A stretch of 64,000 bases of DNA from Bacteroidota bacterium (lineage in GTDB: Bacteria; Bacteroidota; Bacteroidia; Bacteroidales; F082): the NCBI GenBank assembly GCA_018830105.1, contig JAHJTC010000014.1:107716-171715 (forward strand). Reading direction: 5' to 3'. The notes under the pieces were generated by a model, which did not search any database, was not told where the DNA came from, and saw only the letters and a list, made by a program, of their open reading frames with translations. The position numbers were made by a program, and so were the translations under genes. Each line of letters opens with the position of its first letter. Position 1 is the stretch's first letter. This document shows positions 57,295 through 64,000 of this stretch, piece by piece.

Positions 57295-58254
57295 CTAAAT
57301 GTTCACAGCTGAGCTACTTTTGGTTTTCTTCTGATTGATGTATTCCATCGCGTTTAGAGCTGCAATGGTGCCATCGGAAACAGCTGTGGTAATCTGCCTG
57401 AAACGTTTTGCCAGTGCATCACCTGCTGCAAACACTCCGTTTATATTAGTCTGAAGTCTTTCGTTGGTAATGATTTCGTTGCGTTCGTTCAATTCAATAC
57501 ATTTTCCTTGCAAAAAATCTGTATTTGCTTCGTAACCAATAAAGACGAAAACACCATCGAGTTTTTGTTCGTACTGCTCCTTGGAATTGATGTTTTCGAT
57601 TGTAATAGAGTTTATTTTGTCGCTTCCATTGAACGACAGGATGCGGCTGCTCAACTTAATATCAATTTTTTCGTGCTTCAGCACTTCCTCCTCAGCCTCT
57701 TTAAATGCCTGAAAATGATCAAACTGATGTATAAGTGTCACTTTTGAAGCATATTTAGTTAATGAAACAGCTTCTTCGAGCGCAGTATTGCCGCCGCCAA
57801 CAACTGCTATTTCTTTATCCTGAAAAAAATCACCGTCGCAAGTAGCACAGTAGGAAATGCCTCGGCCTTTGAAGCTTGCTTCACCTGGCACGCCAAGCGT
57901 ACGAGAACGGCCTCCTGTAGCCAATATTATGGTGTCGGCAGTAAATGTTTTACCATTGGATAAGCCAATGCTTTTTGTCTCGGATTCGAAATCGATAGTT
58001 GAAATTGAGATTCCGGACATAATATTACAGCCAAACTTTTTTGCTTGATTACGCATATTGTTGCTGAGTTCATAACCAGAAATTGATTCAAAGCCCGGAT
58101 AATTGGCGATTTCATGTGTTAAATTCATTTGTCCGCCAGCCACACCCGAATCTACAATAAGCGTTTTGGCTTTGGCACGCGAGAGATAAATTCCTGCTGT
58201 TAGTCCGGCAGGTCCAGCGCCGATAATGATGCTGTCAAAATGTTTTGTTTCCAT
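57295..58254 (-). CDS. thioredoxin-reductase-like flavoprotein lacking the NADPH-binding HRRxxxR signature
   Basis: 319 aa with GAGPAGLTAG (FAD), the redox CATC (SYCATCDG), and GGGNTALEEA. Where E. coli TrxB has HRRDGFRA, this protein has HQFDHFQA (57709-57729). Confidence 0.85.
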   Translation of the reverse strand: METKHFDSIIIGAGPAGLTAGIYLSRAKAKTLIVDSGVAGGQMNLTHEIANYPGFESISGYELSNNMRNQAKKFGCNIMSGISISTIDFESETKSIGLSNGKTFTADTIILATGGRSRTLGVPGEASFKGRGISYCATCDGDFFQDKEIAVVGGGNTALEEAVSLTKYASKVTLIHQFDHFQAFKEAEEEVLKHEKIDIKLSSRILSFNGSDKINSITIENINSKEQYEQKLDGVFVFIGYEANTDFLQGKCIELNERNEIITNERLQTNINGVFAAGDALAKRFRQITTAVSDGTIAALNAMEYINQKKTKSSSAVNI

Positions 58255-58271
58255 AGGTTTGTTAGCATTTT

Positions 58272-58307
58272 AAACCCGGATTGTAGGTAAATTCTAAATC
58301 CGGGTTT
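58272..58307 (-). other. perfect 11-bp intercistronic stem-loop between the Trx-like and TrxR-like genes
   Basis: AAACCCGGATT-(14 nt)-AATCCGGGTTT, in the 76-nt spacer. No U-tract follows on the coding (minus) strand. Confidence 0.5.
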
Positions 58308-58330
58308 ATAGTTTTGCTTGTGTTTGGAAA

Positions 58331-58681
58331 TTAGTTCTTTCCAAATTCTTTATCAAGAATAGTAGTTATCTGATCTCTGTTTTGAATACTGCTTGTTGCT
58401 GCTGCTACCTTTCCATTTTTGAAATATACGGTAAAAGGCAAGCCCATAAAGCTGCTGCACTCTGGCAAATTACGAATGGCATGCGCTTCAGGAGAATCAA
58501 ATGCCATGTCTCTGAAATCGACGTGGGCATATTCTTCCTGTAATTCTTCCATTACACCATAAACAGGAATACACATTGGTCCCATTCGGCCACAGCAAAC
58601 CATTACATTTTCGTTTTCATTGATGATTTTTGTCAGTTCATCAGCTGTTTCAACATGTTTTAAAGGAGTCGGTAAAACCAT
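58331..58681 (-). CDS. thioredoxin-fold protein with atypical active-site region (CCGRMGPMC)
   Basis: 116 aa. Trx-like beta-alpha-beta layout (VMVCCGRMGPMCIPV..; later LPFTVYFKNGK). The canonical WCGPC is replaced by CCGRMGPMC (58571-58597). Confidence 0.65.
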   Translation of the reverse strand: MVLPTPLKHVETADELTKIINENENVMVCCGRMGPMCIPVYGVMEELQEEYAHVDFRDMAFDSPEAHAIRNLPECSSFMGLPFTVYFKNGKVAAATSSIQNRDQITTILDKEFGKN

Positions 58682-58792
58682 AATTGTAAATTTTAAATTA
58701 GTTTTTCACCAATCAATAGCATAAAACATGCCAAATAGTGATACTAAAGCGATTTAGAAATAATTCTAAATAAGGAAAACGGAGGGATTGAT

Positions 58793-59569
58793 TCAGCTTA
58801 AGCGGCGAATAAACCGTAATTTATGAGTATAGCTTTGGATATCAGAATTATAGATTCCATGGTGGTCTATATTATCCATTCTTACTTTTCCTGAAGCGTG
58901 AATTATTTTTTGTTTTTCAAGCAATATGCCTACATGGATAATTGTCCCCTCTTCATTGTCGAAAAATGCCAGATCTCCGGGTTTGGCTTCCTCCAGAAAG
59001 TCAATGATTTCGCCTTGTGTAGCTTGTTGACTAGCATCTCTAAACAACTGGTAACCACTAAGTTTTGCGCACAACTGTACCATTCCGGAACAATCCACTC
59101 CCAAAACCGATTTGCCTCCCCACAGATAGCTGCTTCCGAGCCATAAGCTGGCATAAGCTGTCATTTTGTCCGCATCAAAGCTGTCGGGCAATTCAATACG
59201 ATCTTCTTTTGGGAAAATAAATCCGGATTCCGGAAAAATATTTTTGATTTCAGAACTAATGCAGCTACCAAAACTCAGAAACATGGGAGGTAAATCTTCT
59301 CTGACAATAGCCGTTACTGGTTTTGACAGGAAGGTTTTTGGAGCTTTGAGGTATTGAATCCATTGATTTTTGCTGATTGTTGTATTTTGGACGTGATCAA
59401 TCCAGCCTTCGTAGCCATCCGAGTCGGACACAATTAAAAGCCATTTGCCTTTTTCTGCCAGAATTTTATAAGTTTCGCCAAACAATAATTGATTCACCAT
59501 TTCAGCCTTATCAGATGGCTGCGATCGCATTGGAATAACTGCTAAAGTGCTTATGCCGTATGTTGTCAT
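58793..59569 (-). CDS. NlpC/P60 (C40) peptidase with N-terminal SH3-like domains
   Basis: YLWGGKSVLGVDCSGMV (catalytic Cys) and IIHVGI..HASG (His). I prefer the start at MTTYGIS (59569), supported by a TACTTTTG -7 box at 59590-59597. Confidence 0.85.
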   Translation of the reverse strand: MTTYGISTLAVIPMRSQPSDKAEMVNQLLFGETYKILAEKGKWLLIVSDSDGYEGWIDHVQNTTISKNQWIQYLKAPKTFLSKPVTAIVREDLPPMFLSFGSCISSEIKNIFPESGFIFPKEDRIELPDSFDADKMTAYASLWLGSSYLWGGKSVLGVDCSGMVQLCAKLSGYQLFRDASQQATQGEIIDFLEEAKPGDLAFFDNEEGTIIHVGILLEKQKIIHASGKVRMDNIDHHGIYNSDIQSYTHKLRFIRRLS

Positions 59570-59589
59570 TATTACCTGTTCTTCTTTTA

Positions 59590-59597
59590 CAAAAGTA
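59590..59597 (-). promoter_or_regulatory. candidate -7 promoter box (TACTTTTG)
   Basis: Matches TAnnTTTG on the minus strand, 20 nt upstream of the ATG at 59569. Confidence 0.4.
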
Positions 59598-59733
59598 GAA
59601 AATTGAAGCTTATACAGCCTGATTATCGCAAATTTTAAATCTAAAGTGATTAGCGCAAGTGCTTTAATCCTCCAAAAAGCTTTACTTTCGCATTGGTTTT
59701 TATAGTATCTTACCAAGAAATAATAGGACTTAC

Positions 59734-61800
59734 ATGATAAAAAAGTTGTTTAGTTATCTTCAGCATAATTACTATGAGCTGTTTAAAATCAGTTTGTTTG
59801 TGCTAACAGCTTTCATACTAATCTGGCAGATGCCAAGTAAAGGAAAATTTAAGTATGAATACAGCAAGGGAAAACCCTGGCAACAGGAGCGCCTTTTTGC
59901 ACCCTTTGATTTCGCTATTTTCAAGAATGATGAGCTATTAAAAAAAGAGCAGCAAGCTTTAGTTGATAAAGTATATCCTTATTTTATTCTTCAGGAGGAG
60001 CTAAACAAGACAGGTAGAGAAAGACTTATAGAAAATTTTAAAAAAGAATCTAAATTTGACAGTACAAAAAATCTTCCTGCTCAAAATGAACAACTGAAGC
60101 TTTTGGTTTCAATTTATGATTCTATTCAAAGCCGTGGTGTATTAGCATATCATCCGGCTATTGAAGATCTAACAGCTGTTGATCCCATTCATTTAGTTAA
60201 AAATAAGGTTGTAATTGATCGCAAATTTGGTGATGTTTTTACGGTGAAATCTGCCTATGATCACGCATTAAACATTATCGACACGCTTGAAGGCGATACT
60301 AAATCATTGTTTGCCAGTGTACTGGCTAATAGCTTTGTGCAAAACCTGAACTACGACAAGCGAATGACTGATGCTGAAAGGAGTGCAGCTATCGCTCAAA
60401 TTTCTCCAACCTATGGAATGGTGCAACAAGGTGAATTAATCATTTCTGAAGGAGAATTGGTTGACGATGAAAAGTTTGCAGAGCTAAGATCTTTGCAAAA
60501 GGCTTATGAGCAGCGTGTTGGCACACTTTCTGAACAAAATGCTATTTTGGCAGGTCAGGCGATCTTGGTATTCGCCATAATATTTGCTTTGTTTTTCTTT
60601 CTCCGAATCATACGACGAGATGTGTATGACGAGCTGAAGAAAATCAATATGCTGCTATTACTCATGTTGCTGATACTATTGCCTTCTTATTTTATTCTTG
60701 ATTTCAATCCGCAGCTTATTATTTTGATGCCTTTTGGATTGCTGCCGATCATTCTGATCACTTTTTTCGATACCAGAATGACGATGATGGTTCATTTGCT
60801 GACCATTACTATCTTAGGATTAGTTGTTCCAAATCCTTATAATTTCATGTTTGCCCAATTGGTAATAGGCTTTGTCGTTTTGTTTGGTCTTGAAAAACAC
60901 AATAAAAGAATTTATTATTTCCGAACTTCTGTTTTAATTTTTGTGGGTTACGTGCTTGTTTATATGGGATTTAACCTTATTCAAGAACGCAATGTAGATA
61001 ATTTCAGCTGGATGATAATTGGAGGTTTTGCACTTAGTGCACTTTTTACTTCACTGGCTTTGCCGTTGATTTACTTATTGGAACGTATTTTCGGAACAAT
61101 AACCGACCTGACTTTATTGGAATTGAGCAACACCAACAATCCATTGCTTCGCGAGTTGGCACAGAAAGCGCCTGGCAGCTTTCAGCATTCGATGCAGGTG
61201 GCAAATTTATCGGAAGAAGCGCTGTTCGAAATTGGCGGGGATACATTGTTGGCGCGTACAGGAGCGCTTTATCATGATATTGGAAAGATGGATAACCCCA
61301 TTTATTTTATTGAAAATCAGATGGGAGGATATAACCCACATGATGATATTTCGGCTACTGAAAGTGCCAGAATAATTGTTGAGCATGTTACAAAAGGGAT
61401 AGAGAAAGCTCGCAAGGCAAAATTGCCCGAACAGATTATTGATTTTATCCGCACGCATCATGGAAACAGGAGGGTTGAATATTTTTATTTTATGGAGCAA
61501 AAAGCACATCCCGGCCTAACACTTGATGAGCGCGACTTTAGCTATCATGGCCCTATTCCGTTCTCCAAAGAAACAGCAGTTGTAATGATGGCCGATTCTG
61601 TGGAGGCAGCATCGAGAAGCTTGAAGAATCCGACCGAGCAAAAAATTAATGATCTGATTGAAAATATAATTAGTAAGCAATTGGCGGCCAATCAGTTTGT
61701 AAATGCTAACATTACATTTAAGGAAGTTAATACCGTGAAAAAGGTATTAAAAAAGAAACTCATGAATATTTACCATGTCAGGATTGCCTACCCTGACTAA
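59734..61800 (+). CDS. 7TM receptor with intracellular HD/HDIG hydrolase domain (PgpH/YqfF-like)
   Basis: 688 aa. N-terminal extracellular domain, 7 hydrophobic helices, then an HD domain (SFQHSMQVANL, ALYHDIGKM, THHG). Confidence 0.85.
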   Translation: MIKKLFSYLQHNYYELFKISLFVLTAFILIWQMPSKGKFKYEYSKGKPWQQERLFAPFDFAIFKNDELLKKEQQALVDKVYPYFILQEELNKTGRERLIENFKKESKFDSTKNLPAQNEQLKLLVSIYDSIQSRGVLAYHPAIEDLTAVDPIHLVKNKVVIDRKFGDVFTVKSAYDHALNIIDTLEGDTKSLFASVLANSFVQNLNYDKRMTDAERSAAIAQISPTYGMVQQGELIISEGELVDDEKFAELRSLQKAYEQRVGTLSEQNAILAGQAILVFAIIFALFFFLRIIRRDVYDELKKINMLLLLMLLILLPSYFILDFNPQLIILMPFGLLPIILITFFDTRMTMMVHLLTITILGLVVPNPYNFMFAQLVIGFVVLFGLEKHNKRIYYFRTSVLIFVGYVLVYMGFNLIQERNVDNFSWMIIGGFALSALFTSLALPLIYLLERIFGTITDLTLLELSNTNNPLLRELAQKAPGSFQHSMQVANLSEEALFEIGGDTLLARTGALYHDIGKMDNPIYFIENQMGGYNPHDDISATESARIIVEHVTKGIEKARKAKLPEQIIDFIRTHHGNRRVEYFYFMEQKAHPGLTLDERDFSYHGPIPFSKETAVVMMADSVEAASRSLKNPTEQKINDLIENIISKQLAANQFVNANITFKEVNTVKKVLKKKLMNIYHVRIAYPD

Positions 61801-62434
61801 AATCTGGTATCTGCTTCAAATAGAGTAAGCTTTGAGGGCCTTCGTTAAACAGTAAATCCAAAATACTTAGGTTGGCCTGGAAGTCGTATTTATGCCCAAA
61901 AACTTGATAATAAAAGGGAAATAGATTTGCTTTAAGTTGCTTTTTGGGATTGAAAAAGTTTCTAAAATCGATAGCTACGTTTGATTCCGGAAGATATGCT
62001 TCAGAAAAATAAAACTTTGGGTCAACTTTCAAAAGCTTAAAGATGATTTTCAATGCTTCGCGATTAAGGTTTAGTAAATTATCGTGCTTTGACTCGAAAA
62101 CCGCAAGCAGCTCGTGAATGTAGAAATCATAAAAGGGCGAAGCTTTATATGCTGTATGCAAAGCTCTTTGATGCAGGCGTTGCCATGGCTCGGCATAACT
62201 GATGGTTACCTCATGCGTAGGTGTGCGGTTTCCGTAAGGCTTTTTAATGGGAATAATAAGATTTTGCAGGCCGTTGGCAGTAGCAATTATGCAGCGATTA
62301 CGGTAACTTTGTTTAGGAAAAGTTTCGTATGCTTCAATGCAAAAGCCGGTATGTTTCAGGCATTGGCTGATGTAGCTTATTGGCGGAAAATAAGCCGTTG
62401 AAAAAAAGGGAAACTGGGAATCGTGCATGCGCAA
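61778..62434 (-). CDS. WbqC-family protein
   Basis: 218 aa. The YFPPISY...QSYRNRC pattern is typical of the WbqC-like family. Its 3' end overlaps the convergent HD gene by 23 nt. Confidence 0.75.
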   Translation of the reverse strand: MRMHDSQFPFFSTAYFPPISYISQCLKHTGFCIEAYETFPKQSYRNRCIIATANGLQNLIIPIKKPYGNRTPTHEVTISYAEPWQRLHQRALHTAYKASPFYDFYIHELLAVFESKHDNLLNLNREALKIIFKLLKVDPKFYFSEAYLPESNVAIDFRNFFNPKKQLKANLFPFYYQVFGHKYDFQANLSILDLLFNEGPQSLLYLKQIPDFSQGRQS

Positions 62435-62474
62435 AAATAGAAAAATACAGGGATCAATCGGCTGAATAAGGACA

Positions 62475-62510
62475 TAAAAAAAGCCGTTGCAGGATTAACA
62501 GCAACGGCTT
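62475..62510 (-). terminator. intrinsic terminator after the thioredoxin pair
   Basis: Minus strand reads AAGCCGTTGC-TGTTAATCCT-GCAACGGCTT followed by T6. Confidence 0.8.
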
Positions 62511-62527
62511 GTCGTAAAGTTAGTGAT

Positions 62528-62881
62528 TTAGTTTTTTAGTAAAACGTCTTCAATGGCTTTTTTCATGGTGTCTTTTGGAAGTGCACCCATGGCCATTTGT
62601 GGCTGACCATCTAGTGGGCAAAAAAGCAAAGACGGAATGCTTCTGATTCCAAAAGCACCGGCAAGCTCTGTTTCAGCTTCAGTATCAATTTTATAGATGT
62701 TAATCTTGCCTTCGTATTCTTTTGAAAGCTCTTCAAGAATAGGAGCAACCATTTTACAGGGCTGACACCAATCGGCATAAAAGTCGATCACACAAGGTAA
62801 GTCACCTTCAAATTTCCACTCTTTGTTCTGTTCGAAATTAAATACTTTTTGTAAAAAAGTTTCTTTTGTTAAATGTTCCAT
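62528..62881 (-). CDS. thioredoxin (cytoplasmic, WCQPC)
   Basis: 117 aa with VIDFYADWCQPCKMVAPIL and no signal peptide. Confidence 0.9.
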   Translation of the reverse strand: MEHLTKETFLQKVFNFEQNKEWKFEGDLPCVIDFYADWCQPCKMVAPILEELSKEYEGKINIYKIDTEAETELAGAFGIRSIPSLLFCPLDGQPQMAMGALPKDTMKKAIEDVLLKN

Positions 62882-62912
62882 ATTAATTATTTTCGGGATT
62901 CAATGTTTATTA

Positions 62913-63395
62913 TTATTTTTTAAGTAATTGCTCGTCAATAATTTGACGATACATTTCTTCGGTAAGCGCTCCGGCCTGCATCATTGGCTGACCTTCAAGG
63001 GGTGTAAACAAGACCGCAGGAATACTCTGAACACGAAATACTGCTGCGAGCTTTTGTTCTTCATCTACATCAATTTTATATATGTGTATTTTCCCTTCAT
63101 ATTCTTTCGCCAGTTTTTCCATGATAGGAGCAATCTTCCGACAAGGAGCGCACCAATCAGCATAAAAATCAATCACGGCGGGTAACTCGCCTTCATAAAC
63201 CCAGTTTTGTGGGCTTTCTTCAAAATTCCACACTTTGTCGACAAAAGTTTCATAAGTGAGATACTCAGGTTTCCCGCTCGTATCTTCTACTTTTAGCTCC
63301 TCGCTGTTATTGGTTTGTTCACCGGTGGTGGTGCCGCAAGCTGTCGTTAGAAGGAATAATCCGGTAAATAGAAAAAATAATTTTTTGATCATCAT
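62913..63395 (-). CDS. exported thioredoxin lipoprotein (WCAPC)
   Basis: 160 aa. Signal peptide and lipobox (LLTTAC). VIDFYADWCAPCRKIAPIM. Paralogous to the downstream gene. Confidence 0.9.
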   Translation of the reverse strand: MMIKKLFFLFTGLFLLTTACGTTTGEQTNNSEELKVEDTSGKPEYLTYETFVDKVWNFEESPQNWVYEGELPAVIDFYADWCAPCRKIAPIMEKLAKEYEGKIHIYKIDVDEEQKLAAVFRVQSIPAVLFTPLEGQPMMQAGALTEEMYRQIIDEQLLKK

Positions 63396-63428
63396 AAGTA
63401 TTTATCGTTGGGTTTTTAATAATCGCTG

Positions 63429-63436
63429 CAAAAATA
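63429..63436 (-). promoter_or_regulatory. candidate -7 promoter box (TATTTTTG) for the thioredoxin pair
   Basis: Matches TAnnTTTG on the minus strand, 33 nt upstream of the ATG at 63395. Confidence 0.4.
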
Positions 63437-63588
63437 GACAATTATTTTTTAAATCGCTTTAATATCACTATTTTTTTTACTTTTGTATCAAATATTGTTC
63501 CGAAAAACAGTTTAAATAGCAAACTAATGTTAAAAATTTACATAAGCTAGTTAGACATTTAAACAAACTCCGGGCATAAAAGTTTATT

Positions 63589-64000
63589 ATGACAGCTGAA
63601 ATTGCAAAGATTGAGTCGCAAGCGAATGAGCGTTCTAACGCTGAAGAGCAAATGCTTTCAGCCTTGGCTGATCACAAATGGCGTGATGGTTTTAAGTGCA
63701 GAAAATGTGGACATGATCATTATTGTAAGGGGAAGAAACCCTTTTCCAGAAGATGTACAAAGTGTAAATCTGAAGAGTCTGTGACTTCTCATACAATTTT
63801 TCACCGCTGTAAAATTCCGATAATTGAAGCCATTGAATTGGCTCAAATGGTGTGTAACCAACCCGATGTTTCTTCTTATGAAATTAGTCGTGTATTCGAC
63901 AAACGACAAATGACCTGTTGGAAATTTAAAACCCGTATTAGTGAATGTTTGCAGGATGATGAAAAGGCAGCCTTGTTAAAGAAGCTGATCACTGTACTAC
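63589..64000 (+). CDS. IS1595-family transposase-like protein, N-terminal zinc-ribbon domain (partial, runs off window end)
   Basis: Not in the ORF track because it has no stop in the window. My translation is MTAEIAKIESQANERSNAEEQMLSALADHKWRDGFKCRKCGHDHYCKGKKPFSRRCTKCKSEESVTSHTIFHRCKIPIIEAIELAQMV... It fits the Zn_Tnp_IS1595 pattern (F.C.KCG...R.C.KC....S.TS.TIF....P...A). A TACTTTTG box lies at 63478-63485. Confidence 0.55.
   Translation, partial: MTAEIAKIESQANERSNAEEQMLSALADHKWRDGFKCRKCGHDHYCKGKKPFSRRCTKCKSEESVTSHTIFHRCKIPIIEAIELAQMVCNQPDVSSYEISRVFDKRQMTCWKFKTRISECLQDDEKAALLKKLITVL

Noticed and set aside
59570-59716. 5' extension of the NlpC/P60 ORF
   Set aside because: It contains the -7 promoter box (59590-59597) and has no similarity to the family. 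MTTYGIS is a plausible start.
61778-61800. 23-nt convergent overlap of the HD hydrolase and WbqC 3' ends as a potential antisense regulatory arrangement
   Set aside because: Short convergent overlaps are common in compact genomes, and no associated structure was seen.

Overview
This looks like a core chromosomal segment of a Bacteroidota-type genome. Recurrent TAnnTTTG -7 promoter boxes, no obvious Shine-Dalgarno sites, many TonB-dependent receptors and lipoproteins support that. It is densely coding with mostly housekeeping genes. From left to right: a trpE-G-D-C-F-B-A operon that continues into a truncated DAHP synthase gene; a TonB receptor / AmpG-like MFS / hemN / protoporphyrinogen oxidase / hemH operon; small secreted proteins (Cache, PepSY-like, DUF2490-like); gdhA; a BatA-like protein; parC; an FprA flavodiiron protein; an AddB-like PD-(D/E)XK nuclease; a MurU / AmgK-like MurNAc recycling pair; a ferritin-like protein; a methionine gamma-lyase-type PLP enzyme; a patatin/Omp85-barrel phospholipase; a 7-gene Mrp antiporter operon; a DUF349 protein; aroC; an AsmA-family protein; a PhoD / NPP / Oar-like TonB receptor cluster; a second TonB receptor; a TrxR-like/Trx-like pair; an NlpC/P60 peptidase; a 7TM-HD (PgpH-like) hydrolase; WbqC; two tandem thioredoxins; and a truncated IS1595-like zinc-ribbon ORF. 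I saw no rRNA, tRNA or CRISPR array. The most interesting signals are absent from the ORF track. (1) A clear FMN riboswitch with its own -7 box and terminator sits directly in front of a stand-alone TonB-dependent receptor. (2) A 21-codon leader peptide with three consecutive Trp codons plus a UUCG-looped intrinsic terminator precedes trpE. (3) An outer- and inner-membrane transporter pair is fused in one operon to only the last three heme-synthesis enzymes, suggesting a porphyrin salvage module. (4) An AmgK-type sugar kinase is fused to a RapZ C-terminal domain, followed by a translationally coupled 42-codon Lys/Cys-rich mini-ORF. (5) A thioredoxin-reductase homolog lacks the HRRxxxR NADPH signature and is paired with an atypical thioredoxin. 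All functional calls rest on my reading of the translated sequences and motifs. No database search was run.
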